A DNA stretch of 64,000 nt, from assembly GCF_000142905.1 (NCBI RefSeq), contig NW_013657622.1:124001-188000 (forward strand), written 5' to 3'. Origin of the DNA: Thecamonas trahens ATCC 50062. Lineage: Eukaryota; Protista; Apusomonadida. Below the pieces are notes generated by a model. That model was not told the DNA's origin. It saw nothing but the letters and a program-made list of their open reading frames with translations, and did not search any database. Below, piece after piece: positions 10,707-22,140 of this stretch. Made by a program: the position numbers and the translations under genes. Position 1 is the first letter of the stretch. Each line of letters begins with the position of its first letter.

Positions 10707-11404
10707 ACGATTAATTGAACGAGAGAGTGTTGATTGTTGGGGCGGACGATTAATTGAACGAGAGAGTGTTGATTGTTGGGGCGGACGATTAATTGAACGA
10801 GAGAGTGTTGATTGTTGGGGCGGACGATTAACTGAACGAGAGAGTGTTGATTGTTGGGGCGGACGATTAATTGAACGAGAGAGTGTTGATTGTTGGGGCG
10901 GACGATTAATTGAACGAGAGAGTGTTGATTGTTGGGGCGGACGATTAACTGAACGAGAGAGTGTTGATTGTTGGGGCGGACGATTAATTGAACGAGAGAG
11001 TGTTGATTGTTGGGGCGGACGATTAATTGAACGAGAGAGTGTTGATTGTTGGGGCGGACGATTAATTGAACGAGAGAGTGCTGATTGTTGGGGCGGACGA
11101 TTAACTGAACGAGAGAGTGTTGATTGTTGGGGCGGACGATTAATTGAACGAGAGAGTGTTGATTGTTGGGGCGGACGATTAACTGAACGAGAGAGTGTTG
11201 ATTGTTGGGGCGGACGATTAACTGAACGGGAGAGTGTTGATTGTTGGGGCGGACGATTAATTGAACGAGAGAGTGTTGATTGTTGGGGCGGACGATTAAT
11301 TGAACGAGAGAGTGCTGATTGTTGGGGCGGACGATTAATTGAACGAGAGAGTGCTGATTGTTGGGGAGAAACGATTAATTGAACGAGAGAGTGTTGATTG
11401 TTGG
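10707..11404. repeat. 39-bp minisatellite, about 18 near-identical copies
   Basis: Unit ACGATTAA(T/C)TGAACGAGAGAGTG(T/C)TGATTGTTGGGGCGG arranged head to tail with no spacers. Confidence 0.97.
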
Positions 11405-11609
11405 AGGGGCGAGTGTTGATCAATGATGGTGGCAAGGCCTGGTTGCACGATTGGAGATGCACGCGACAAGGACGATGCGACAGGCAGGCGAGGGAGGAGA
11501 CGGAGACTGAAGGGAGGCGGACACTTGTCGCTGAGACGTAGACAGTGAGCTGAGGATGCATGTGCGTGTGCGTCTCGGGAGAGAGCATGTGTGGCCAGAC
11601 CTGCCCGGC

Positions 11610-13627
11610 ATGGCCCTCCTTACCATTACCACCCTCCTGGCCCTTGCCCTTGTCCTCCCTCGCCCCGTCACCGCCACCGCCTCGGTCGACTGGGCTGCCT
11701 TTGGCATCGGGCCCGGCGAGGATGTGGCCCAAGCCGTAGCTATGGACGAGAACGATGTCGTCTATGTTGTCGGTATGTCATGCCTCCCTCCCCCCCCCCC
11801 CTTGCAGTGGCAGCGCGAGTGGCCTGTCGTGTGGCTGGCGCTGCGCGGACGGGCAGGGCAGTCCAGGGTGTGTGACGCATGCTTGTCCTGGCCATGATCA
11901 CACGCACGCCCTGTGGTGGTGTCTACCCCCCCCTCCCCCCCCCCCCCCCCTCACCCACATGCCCTCACCCCCCTCCCCCACTCTTGCCACAGGTACCTTC
12001 CACAAGTCCATGACCATCCAGTCGCACTCGATCTACTCTACCCTCTCCACCACGGTCGAAGACGATCCGACAGCCGCCGGCTACGGTGAGATGTTTGTCG
12101 CCGCCTTTGATCCTGACGGCACGTACCTCTGGGCCGTCTCGTCGGCCGTCACCGCCGGCTCTGGCCATGGCCTCAAGCTCTCGGCCGCAGAGGCGACCGT
12201 CAAGTCGGGCAACGCTCTGTACATCACGGGCGTGCTCTCGGGCGAGGCGGTGCTCGGCGACTTTACTCTCAACTCGCCCGACCCCGCCGACCCAGTTGTT
12301 GTCCTTATCAAGGTCGTGCCGCAGACGGGCGTCATTGAGTGGGCCACGTCGGCAGAGATCGAGACCTTTGGCGGCCGTGTGGGCATGACGTACAACCCGG
12401 ACAACCAGGTCGTCGCCCTCACCTCGTACATCCGCTACAACGCTACCTTTTACGCCGTCAAGGAGCCGGGCGCCCCCAGGACGAGGTCGTCCTCTCGTGC
12501 CCGGTTGTTGAGCAGACGTCGGAGACCTGCGCCGTCGTCGTCGTCTACAACAACCTCGGTGGCATCACCCTTACCGAGCTTGTCCCGCCTGTAACCGCAA
12601 AGTCGTGGATCATCCCCACAGACATCGTTTACTCCTCTACCGACACCACCTACTTCTTCACCGGCTCGATGGTCGGCTGTGTCACCTTTGACGCCTCAAT
12701 CGGCCATACCTGCGTCCCGGGCGTCGGCCAGGAGGGCGTCTTCCTTGCCCAGTACCACTCCTCGTCCGGCAAGTTTGTCTCGGCCCAGGCCTACAAGACC
12801 GGCTCGGCAACCAACACCGACCTCGGCACATCGGTCGACGTCGATGAGTCCGGCAACCCAGTCGTGGTCGGCACCTTCCGCGACGTCGCCAACTTTGGCT
12901 CCATCTCGGTCATTGGCACCCCAACGCCTGGTCCGCCTTTATCTTCAAGTACCACACCGTCGAAGGTTCCGTCCTCTGGGCTGAGGCCGTCGCCTCAGAC
13001 GGCTCAGACATTGGCGCCGGCGTCCACGTCACCCCGCAGTCTCGCGACGTCATGTTTGTCGGTATCGTCTCGGGCTCGGTCGAGATCCAGGGCGTGCCCG
13101 TCAACGTTTCCAAGGGCGTGGTCCTCGCCCAGTTTGACGGCGACACCGGCGACCTTGAGTTTGCTCAGGTCCAGCAAGGCACCCTCTACTCGACTGACTT
13201 TGCTCTTGCCCGCACCCAGCCGGCCGGCGGCGCTCCGCTACCCATGGTCCTCGTCGGCGGCTTCCTCAACGAGACCGCAAACGTCTTTGACGTCGCCATC
13301 ATCCACTACGGTGACACTCCGCTGCCCCCGGCCCCGCCCTCGCCGCCCACCACCACCGCCGTATCAACCGCGTCTTCGACCGGTACCGCCGCCTCGCCCC
13401 ACCACCACGAGCACGTCGCCGTCGCCGTCGCCGTCGTCTTTGGCCTCGCCCTCCTCGTCGGCGGCGCCATCCTCGGCTTTATCTACCGGCGCCAGTCCTC
13501 GGGCAACTTTCCGCATCAGCGCCTCGACGACCAGGGCCGCCTCCCGCCCTCGGCTCGCTCCGCAAACATCGATGCCTCGCTCTCGGGCCCGGCCGCTGCC
13601 GCCAGCTCCATGTACGGCGCCCTCTAA
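11610..13627 (+). CDS. Type I membrane protein with SBBP-like beta-propeller repeats; intron 11773..11992; apparent frameshifts at ~12475 and ~12920
   Basis: Signal peptide MALLTITTLLALALVLP; blades DVAQAVAMDENDVVYVVG|TF, DLGTSVDVDESGNPVVVGTF and DIGAGVHVTPQSRDVMFVG; Pro/Thr stalk; TM VAVAVAVVFGLALLVGGAILGFIY followed by RR. Confidence 0.75.
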
Positions 13628-13673
13628 CTTGCTCCCTCACACCTATAAAGCACACACCTTTCGCTTCCGTTTA

Positions 13674-14666
13674 TCAACTCATCAGTGAGAACAAATAGCC
13701 AAAGACAAACCTGTCCTGCTCAAACGGCAGCTTGGGATCGTGGATCTGCCCACTCGCGGCATTCATGCTGAGAAGGTGCGACGCCCTCGCCGCATACTTT
13801 TTGCACACGGCGAACACCGTCTCCGAGTCCGAGCCTGAGCCCACAGCCATTGTCGGCTGGCACGACACGTATTTTTTGCCGATCCGCGTCACCACATACG
13901 GCGAGTCGTACGTGTAGCCGGGCACAACCTTGACAAAGTCGAGATCCACCGGATCTGACCCGCCCGCATACACAATGCCGTAGACCGTGCCGGACGCGCC
14001 GCTGGTCAAGGCCACGTACGGGCCGAGTGAGTCCTGTGCTACCACTCTCGGAGCGGTCCCGTTGAAGAATACCTCAACCATCTGCCACGCCAGCCCCGAT
14101 CGCATCTGCACAACCATGACCGGCTTCCCATCGTCGTCGGTAGTCCACGCCGACACGCTCGGCGAGTACCATGCCGGCATCATCGCCGTCACCTGGTGCA
14201 GGATCTTGCCGGAAAAGGGCTGAAAGGCGACAGCCATGAGACTGCCACTCTCCGCCCATGCCACAGCCACGCCCTCGCTATCCCCGTCAGTCAAGCCGAC
14301 GCCGATGATCGCGTAGCCGACCGGAAGAACCGGCGCATCCGTCTCGGCCGCCGTGATGTTGCTCGCCCCCACAGTGGCCACCAGCAGGGCAAACTCGGTC
14401 GTCGATCCGGTGGGATAGCTCACAATCTGCCCCGACGGATCGCCGGTTGCCACCAGCGGTGCAGAAACCATCGGAAACGGTGGGAGCTCGACACCCGATG
14501 TAAGCAGAGTCAGCTCGCCAGAGGCCTCGTCCAGTCGCCCCAAATAGCCCCCCGGTCCGTTATCTCCGTAGATGAGGCAGAGCTCTCCCGACGCGCCTGC
14601 GCCACAGCAGAGCGCAATCCCAGTCACAGCCAGAGCCAGCATCATCACAAACCGTCCTGCCGTCAT
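13674..14666 (-). CDS. Secreted protein of unknown function (probably beta-rich or propeller)
   Basis: 330-aa ORF from ATG 14666 with a hydrophobic signal peptide (FVMMLALAVTGIALCCGAGA) and coding-like composition. Confidence 0.65.
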   Translation of the reverse strand: MTAGRFVMMLALAVTGIALCCGAGASGELCLIYGDNGPGGYLGRLDEASGELTLLTSGVELPPFPMVSAPLVATGDPSGQIVSYPTGSTTEFALLVATVGASNITAAETDAPVLPVGYAIIGVGLTDGDSEGVAVAWAESGSLMAVAFQPFSGKILHQVTAMMPAWYSPSVSAWTTDDDGKPVMVVQMRSGLAWQMVEVFFNGTAPRVVAQDSLGPYVALTSGASGTVYGIVYAGGSDPVDLDFVKVVPGYTYDSPYVVTRIGKKYVSCQPTMAVGSGSDSETVFAVCKKYAARASHLLSMNAASGQIHDPKLPFEQDRFVFGYLFSLMS

Positions 14667-14908
14667 CCTCTCCGCAAAATGTCGAGTCACGTCTGACGGT
14701 GTACTTCTCCTCTGCCTCGCCGTGTGTGGTGGCGATGGGTCCAGGGGTAAAGCCGCGCGTGCAGGTTACTTCTTTTTTTTTAGCGGCCAAACCACCAGAA
14801 AAAGAGTGTTCGATTCGAACACTGGCGCATGGGGTTGGGGATGGGGATGGGGACGGAGAGGGTGAGGGTAAGAGAGGGAAGCCTTTCTTGTGCGGGGGCA
14901 ACAGATGG

Positions 14909-16498
14909 CTACGACAGAGCGGCAATACGAGCCTCGATGGAAGAGACGTTGTCGGCGATGGTCGCCATGTTGGCGGCCATGTTGTCTTGGACGGTGCGGA
15001 GGAGGGAGGCGTTGGCGGAGAGCGACGAGGTCAGCTCGGTGTGGGCCGACGAAAGGGCCTCGAGGCGGGAGCCAAAGTTGGCGGCGTCCTCGTGGAGGGC
15101 GGCCAAGGTGCGGAGACGCTCGACAACCGCCGGCACGACGTCGGCCATAGCGTCCCACTTTTCGACGGCGGTGTAGACCGTGTCAAGCTTGGCCTCAAAG
15201 CCGTGTGCCGACTCGGCAGCCGAGGCCTTGTCCAGCACCTCGTCGAGCTGGGCGGCAAGGCCCGCGAGCTTGCGCTGCATCTTGGTCAACTCGTCGTCGT
15301 CGAGCAGCGTGAGCCGCTTGTCGAGGCGGGCAACGGCCTGGACCAGGTCGGACGAGATGGCGGCCGACGACGCGGCGTCTTCGGCCTTGGGCGGCTGGCC
15401 GACGATGCGCTCAAGCTCCGAGAGCCTCCGCGAGAGCTCGCCGAGCGTAGCCTCCTGCTTGAGCCGGGCCAGCTCCGGGCGGTAGTAGAGCGAGTAGGTG
15501 ACAGGCGCATCGGTGTCGGCACCGGTGCTTGCACCGGCCGCGCCAGCCGCCTGCAGGCTCTTGAGCTTGGCGAGCAGGGTGTCTGCGGCGGCCTGCTGCG
15601 ACTTCAGCGTCGCCTGCAGCGCGGCATCCTCGTCCAGGACCGGGGCACCGGTCGACGACGTCCTCAGCTCGTCCAGCTGCGACTTGAGGCTTTTGAGCCC
15701 GTTCTGCATCGTCGCCAGTGACACGCCCTCTTCGGCCAGGCTCTCAACCGCCTCCTTGTCGTCTGCCAGAGCGTTCACGTCGTTGTCCAGCGCCTGAAGC
15801 TCACCTGCCACCGCGTGGTACCGCAGCAGCAGCGCCGCCGGGCCAGAAGCCTGGCTCGCAGCCTCTGTCGGTCCGATCTCATAGCGGCTGAGGCCGACCA
15901 GCGGGTTGAGCTCGTGCGGCGGGCCGGGCACCCGCCGCCGCCGCCGCCCACGCCGGCTCACCGAGTCGGACATGTCCTCCTCCACCAGCGCGCCCACTGG
16001 TACGTCCGCAAACCGCTTGGCCGTATGCTGCGCCGAGCTCAACTTGGCGCTGTTCACCTCGGGCACGTCCACCTCGTCCTCCCCACCAACCGCACCACCT
16101 CCTCCGCCCTCTCCACCCTCCTCCTCGCCCTGTGCCACCACGTCGGGCGTCTCAAACACGTCGCGCTCGTCCACATCCTGTCCTCCCCCCCCCACACAGA
16201 CACAGACACAGACACAGACACACATAGACACATATCCCGTACACTCTATATGTCAGACACAGTCCTTGTGCTCCACCCCCCCCCCCCCCCCCCATCCCCC
16301 TTCTTCTTACGGACGCTGTGCCCACCTCCAGGTGGTTTTTTTCCCTCAGGCGGGGGAAAGAGGCCAGGTCCCCGTCCATTTTCCCGCCACCCCCCTTCCC
16401 TTCCGCCTTGCCCCTCCCCCCCCCCCCCCCACACACACACATACAATGCCCAGCTTGGCCAGCTTCATGGCCTTGGCTGCAGAGGCTGACGACGACAT
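14909..16498 (-). CDS. DCTN2: Dynactin subunit 2 (dynamitin/p50); join(16445..16498,14909..16177)
   Basis: Spliced ...KLGI|DVDERDVFETPDV matches the DCTN2 N-terminal GI...DVYETSD. Also VTYSLYYRPE, RLSELERIVG and WDAMADVVPAVVERLRTLAALHEDAANF. Confidence 0.9.
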
Positions 16499-17098
16499 GC
16501 TCTGCGTTCACGGAAGTGAAGTGCTTGCGACTGTGACTGCGCTTGTGCCTGTGTCTGTAGGAAGGGGGGGCCGAGGGGGGGGGGGAAGAGGTGGTTTCCG
16601 CGGCTGATCGCGATCGCCATGGCGATCGTGGTCATGCTCGGCGCTGATCGAACAGGCGCTGGTCAAAGGAGTCGCAGGCAGAGGCGAGAAGAACGCTGTT
16701 TGGGCAGTGGGTATGCGTATGGTAGTGAGCATGCATGTTGATGTGAGTAGAGATGGTGGAAAGGGGGGACGAAGGGGATCAGAGGTTATGAGGCCGTGGA
16801 TGTGTGGGTGGGGGGGGGAGGAGGGGGGGGAGGGGGAGGCCGAAGCTGACGTGTTTGACGGCTTTTTCCTACGGATGGCTGGTGCGAGAGGCAGGGAGGC
16901 GACAGGGGCTTTCCGGGCATCCCAGCAGATGGGGAGGGTGTGCGAGCATGGGTAAGACGGTGTGGGCAGGGTAGTACGTGGTTTGAACAGGTCACGGGCG
17001 GCGGAGGCGGGCGGGATGGCGGGTGGGAGGGAAGGGGGAGGGCGGGTGGCCGTGAGCACGTCAGGCGGCAACTCTGCTCTTTGCTCAACTCGGACAGC

Positions 17099-20000
17099 AT
17101 GTGGCGGACCTGCCGCGTCATCACCACCACTGTAAGCAGCCGTTGGCCAGGGGGGTATAGGCGGGGTGGAAGGGGGTAGGACTGGGGTAGGGGAAGGAGA
17201 TGATGGGAGGAAGGGCGACATGGTGCTGTTTGGAAGAGGCGAGCCTGAGGTTGAGCTTACATGCCCATGACTTATTGTGTGTGTGTGTGTGTGGACGGGC
17301 CGTCTGGCTGGCGTCGCATGCTCGGGCTGCGCTGGGCTCGGCTGGCACTGGGCGGGTGGACTGGCTGGCGATGGACGGGCCGTCTGGCTGGCGTCGCATG
17401 CTCGGGCTGCGCTGGGCTCGGCTGGCACTGGGCGGGCGGACTGGCTGGCGATGGGCGGGCGGACTGGCTGGCGATGGGCGGGCGGGCGGACTGGCTGGCG
17501 ATGGGCGGGCGGGCGGACTGGCTGGCGTCTCGGGCTGACGATGGGCATGGCGATTTGGGGGGGGGGGGCTAAACAGTGCGCTGCTGCTGCGCAGCGAGCG
17601 ATGCTGGTTCGGGCATCGTCGACAGGCGCCGGTTCGAGTTTGCTGGACCCGCTGGACACGTTTCCGCGGCGGCACCACGGACGCATGAACGACGCCGAGG
17701 TTGCAGCGATGCTCGAGGTGCTCAACGTCCAGTCTGTGGACCAGCTGATGAACGAGTCGATTCCGGCCGAGCTCCGGGCGACGCAGCCGCTGGAGCTTCC
17801 CGAGGGCGTGTCTGAGACGCAGGCGCTTGCCGAGGTCAAGGCGCTGGCGGCGCAGAACCAGGTGAAGGAGTCGCTGATTGGAATGGGGTACTACGGCACG
17901 GTCACGCCGCCGGTCATTCTGCGTAACATTGTGGAGAACCCGAACTGGTACACGCCGTACACGCCGTACCAGGCCGAGATCTCGCAGGGACGGATGGAGA
18001 GTCTGGTCAACTTTCAGCAGATGGTCTCGGACCTCACCGGGCTTCCGGTGGCCAACGCCTCGCTCCTTGATGAGGGTACGGCTGCGGCCGAGGCGATGGC
18101 GATGGCATTCTCGGCAGGGCGCGGCAAGAAGCGCGACTTTTTCGTCGACCGCAACGTGTGGCCGCAGACGCTGGCGGTGCTCGAGACCCGGGCCAAGCCG
18201 CTGGGCATCAACATCAAGATTGGCGACGTGTCGACCTTTGACTTTGCCGGCCACTCACTCTTTGGTGGCATCTACCAGTACCCAGACGCGCGCGGCATTG
18301 CCTGCGGCAACATCTCGCACTTTGTGGAGGCGACGCAGGCGTCGAACGGGCTGGCCATTGTGGCGACGGACCTGCTGGCGTGCTCAGTCCTCAAGCCGCC
18401 GGGCGAGTTTGGCGCCGACATTGTGCTCGGCAACTCGCAGCGGTTTGGCGTTCCGCTTGGGTACGGCGGCCCGCACGCAGCGTTCTTTGCTGTCCGCGAC
18501 AAGCTCGCCCGCAAGATGCCCGGGCGGCTCATCGGAGTGACGCGCGACTCGGCGGGCAAGCCGGCATTCCGGCTCACACTGCAGACTCGCGAGCAGCACA
18601 TCCGGCGCGAGAAGGCGACGTCGAACATCTGCACGGCGCAGGCGCTGCTCGCCAACGTTGCGGCCATGTACGCGGTGTACCACGGGCCTGCCGGCCTGCG
18701 GTCGATCGCGTCGCGGGTCCACGCCATGGCAGCCGCATTTGCCGCCGGCGTCGCCGCCGATGGCAAGGCCACGTCGGTCTCGGTCCGCGACGCCGAGACG
18801 CAAGCGTTCTTTGACACGGTCCTGGTCCGCTTTGACTCGCCGGCCGAGGCGCTGGCGTCCGCCAACGCTGCGCTGGCGGCGGACATCAACGTCCGCGTCG
18901 TCGACGACGTCACGCTCGGCGTTGCCTTTGACGAGACTTGCACCGAGGCTACGCTCGCGGCTCTGCTTCCGGCCTTTGGCTCGCGCCTCACGCCGCGCGA
19001 TGCGCTGGCGCAGGCGGAGCTCGACGCCATTCCGCAGGCGGCGCTCAAGCGTGAGTCCAAGTTCCTCACCCACGCGGTCTTCAACCGCTTCCACACCGAG
19101 CACGAGCTGCTGCGGTACATGAACCGGCTGCAGTCGTCGGACATTGGCCTGCAGAACTCGATGATTCCGCTTGGCTCGTGCACGATGAAGCTCAACGCGA
19201 CGGCCGAGATGATTCCGGTGACGCTCCCGGGCATCTCTGCCATCCACCCGTTTGCACCGCTCAACCAGGTGCCCGGCTACGCGGCGCTGCTGAAGGAGTT
19301 TGAGGCGCAGCTCTGCGCTATTACGGGCTTCTCGGCCTTTTCGCTGCAGCCCAATTCGGGTGCAGCCGGTGAGTACGCCGGGCTCTACGCCATCCGTGCG
19401 TACCATGAGGCGCGCGGCGAGACGCATCGCAACGTGTGCCTCATTCCTGACTCTGCGCACGGGACAAACCCGGCGTCGGCAGCCATGTCGGGCATGAAGG
19501 TGGTGGCGATCAAGACGTCGGCGACCGGCGAGGTGGACCTCGAGGACGCGGCGGCCAAGATTGCCAAACATGGCGAGAAGCTTGGGGCACTGATGGTGAC
19601 GTACCCGTCGACGTACGGCGTGTTTGAGGCCGGGATCAAGGAGCTGTGCGCCATGGTCAAGGAGGCCGGTGGGCGGGTGTACATGGACGGAGCCAACATG
19701 AACGCGCAGGTCGGGCTCATGCGGCCGACGGACCTCGGCGCCGACGTGCTCCACCTCAACCTGCACAAGACGATGACCATTCCGCACGGCGGCGGCGGGC
19801 CGGGCATGGGCCCCATCGGCGTTGTGGACGACCTCGTCCCGTTCCTCCCGTCGCACCCGCTGGTGGACAACGGGACAGATGCAGAGTCGGCCATCGGCCC
19901 GGTGGCTTCGGCGCCGTGGTCGTCGGCGTCGATCCTGCCGATCTCGTACATGTACATTCGCCTTATGGGCTCAGAGGGCCTGACTAACGCCACGCAGCGG

Positions 20001-20543
20001 GCCATTCTCCACGCCAACTACATGGCGGCGCGGCTGGAGCCCGAGTACAAGGTGCTCTTCTCCAACGAGGCCGGTCGCGTGGCGCACGAGTTTATCGTCG
20101 ACCTCCGTCCGCTCACCAAGGCCACCGGGGTGGAGGCCGGCGACGTGGCCAAGCGGCTGCAGGACTTTGGCTTCCACGCCCCGACCATGTCGTGGCCGGT
20201 GGCAGGCACCATCATGATCGAGCCGACCGAGAGTGAGACCAAGGAGGAGATGGACCGCTACATCGACTCCCTCCTCGCCATCCGCAGCGAGATTGCTGAC
20301 ATCGAGGCCGGCCGCATCTCTATCGAAGACTCGCCGCTCCGCAATGCCCCGCACACCGCCGACGTCGTCACCGCCTCGGAGTGGAACCGCGCCTACTCGC
20401 GCGAGCAGGCCGCCTTCCCGCTTCCCTGGGTCCGCCAGCGCAAGTTCTGGCCCAAGGTCGGCCGTGTCGACGACGTCTTTGGCGACCGCAACCTGGTCTG
20501 CACCTGCCCGCCCATGGAGGATTATGTCGAGGCTGACGAGTAA
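17099..20543 (+). CDS. GLDC: Glycine decarboxylase P protein, mitochondrial; join(17099..17131,17577..20543)
   Basis: YTPYQAEISQGRMESL, NASLLDEGTAAAEA, TREQHIRREKATSNICTAQ, MIPLGSCTMKLN and PLP-lysine motif HLNLHKT...PHGGGGPG. Intron gtaagc...cag gives the presequence MWRTCRVITTTCAAAAQRAMLVRASS. Confidence 0.97.
17293..17527. repeat. Intronic nested tandem repeats (~79-bp duplication plus 19-23 bp GGCGGACTGGCTGGCGATGG units)
   Basis: Directly visible inside the GLDC intron. Confidence 0.85.
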
Positions 20544-20756
20544 ACCTGATCCAGAATCCCCCCCCCTTCTGCATCGCCCCCCCCCCCTCCCCCCCCTCCG
20601 TAGTTGCCATCGGATGGCTGGCGGCCAACCCGACCCGGTGACACCACCCGGTGACACCACCCGGTGACACCACCCGGTGACACCCACACTCCCATGTCCA
20701 CTCCCTTGCAAAATGTCGTTGGAAGCGCATTTGGTCTCTATTATACTGCGATGGTT

Positions 20757-20856
20757 NNNNNNNNNNNNNNNNNNNNNNNNNNNNNNNNNNNNNNNNNNNN
20801 NNNNNNNNNNNNNNNNNNNNNNNNNNNNNNNNNNNNNNNNNNNNNNNNNNNNNNNN
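20757..20856. other. Assembly gap, flanked by GACACCACCCGGT repeats and (CAC)n
   Basis: N run; the 13-bp repeat occurs on both sides, and (CAC)n spans ~20888-20962. Confidence 1.
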
Positions 20857-21024
20857 CGACACCACCCGGTCGACACCACCCGGTCGACACCACCACCACC
20901 ACCACCACCACCACCACCACCACCACCACCACCACCACCACCACCACCACCACCACCACCACCCCTCCCCACCCTCCCCCATCCCCCCACCCCCCACCCC
21001 CCCCCCCATCCCCCACCGTCCAGC

Positions 21025-22130
21025 ATGCGGGTAACCCGGCAGGGAGTGCAGGCAGCGGTGTTTGTGGCCGCCTATGCAGTGGTGCTGGTCCTCGGCCTGG
21101 TGGCCATGTACGCCGGCTGGCTCACGCCGTACTTCACCTGGTTGGCCTCACTGGGCATGGCGGGCAACGCCTTGGTTGCCCTCTCCTTCATCCCGGCATC
21201 GCTGCCTTTTCTCGCCGGATACACTCCGCTCACTCTCGCATCGGGCTATCTCTACGGTGTCATCGGCGGCGCGCTCACCTCGGAGATCGGTGCTGTCCTC
21301 GGCGCCATGGTCGCCTTTGCCGCCACGCGCCGCTTTGCCCGACGGAAGTTGGCGGCAAAGCTGGGCACCTCGCCGCAGTTTCGGGCTTTTATTGCTGCTG
21401 TCGATGCCCAGGGCTTTGTCGTCATCGCTCTCCTCCGATGCGCGCCCGTGCCCTTTGGTCTCCAGAACGGCGCCTTTGCCCTCTCCAACGTCACCTTTGC
21501 TCGCTACACCGCCGCCACCATCGTCGGCCTCGTCCCCGAGCAGCTGATGTTTGCCTACTTTGGCTCCACCCTCAAGTCGCTCGCCGACGTTGCCGCCGGC
21601 CACGATGCGCTCACTCCGGCTCAGAGCTACGCGCTGTATGCCCAGCTCGCCTTTGCCATCGTCATCTTTGTTGTCGTCGCCCGCATCGGCCGAAGGGCCC
21701 TGCGCTATGCTCACGTCGACAAGATTGAGGACATCCAGCTCGAGTTTTCAGACGCAGAGCTCGGCGCTGCCTCCTCCGGCCCGCGCATGCCATCGTCCGC
21801 CGTCCGCCGCCACCGCCCCGAGGACGAGGAGCCGCTGCTGGCCCCGAGTCTGCACAATCATCACGCCCCCACCGCCGCCGCCGCCTCCGCCGTTGATCAC
21901 GACGAGCTCTCCAACCCGCTGCTCGTCTCGCCCGCTACCGCCGCTCCAGGCCAGGACAGCAAGAACGAGCGCGCTGCTGGCTCGTCGCCCGACGGGCAAC
22001 CCCGGGCCAAACGCGAAGAAAAGCCCGGCGCTCACGGCGCGGGCGCTCGTCCACCCCCATCGCTGCCGCTGCTGCCGCTGCCGCCTCCACTGTCTCGTCA
22101 CTGCTCTCGAAGAAGGGCAACATCGATTGA
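21025..22130 (+). CDS. TVP38/TMEM64-family (VTT/DedA, SNARE-associated) membrane protein; apparent frameshift at ~22000
   Basis: LTLASGYLYGVIGG...GAMVAFAATRRFAR, VIALLRCAPVPFGLQN, YTAATIVGLVP and YFGSTLKSL motifs. Adding one C at 22000-22003 ends the protein ...SSLLSKKGNID* at 22130, just before the tepsin stop. Confidence 0.85.
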
Positions 22131-22140
22131 TCCATGTATG

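Noticed and set aside
10707-11404. CRISPR array
   Set aside because: Units are directly adjacent with no unique spacers, there are no cas genes, and the context is eukaryotic. The same applies to the arrays at 32.6, 36.9 and 38.1 kb.
10644-11732. N-terminal 360 aa of the 569-aa ORF as real protein
   Set aside because: It is the translation of the stop-free 39-bp repeat; the ISOC domain has its own ATG at 10643.
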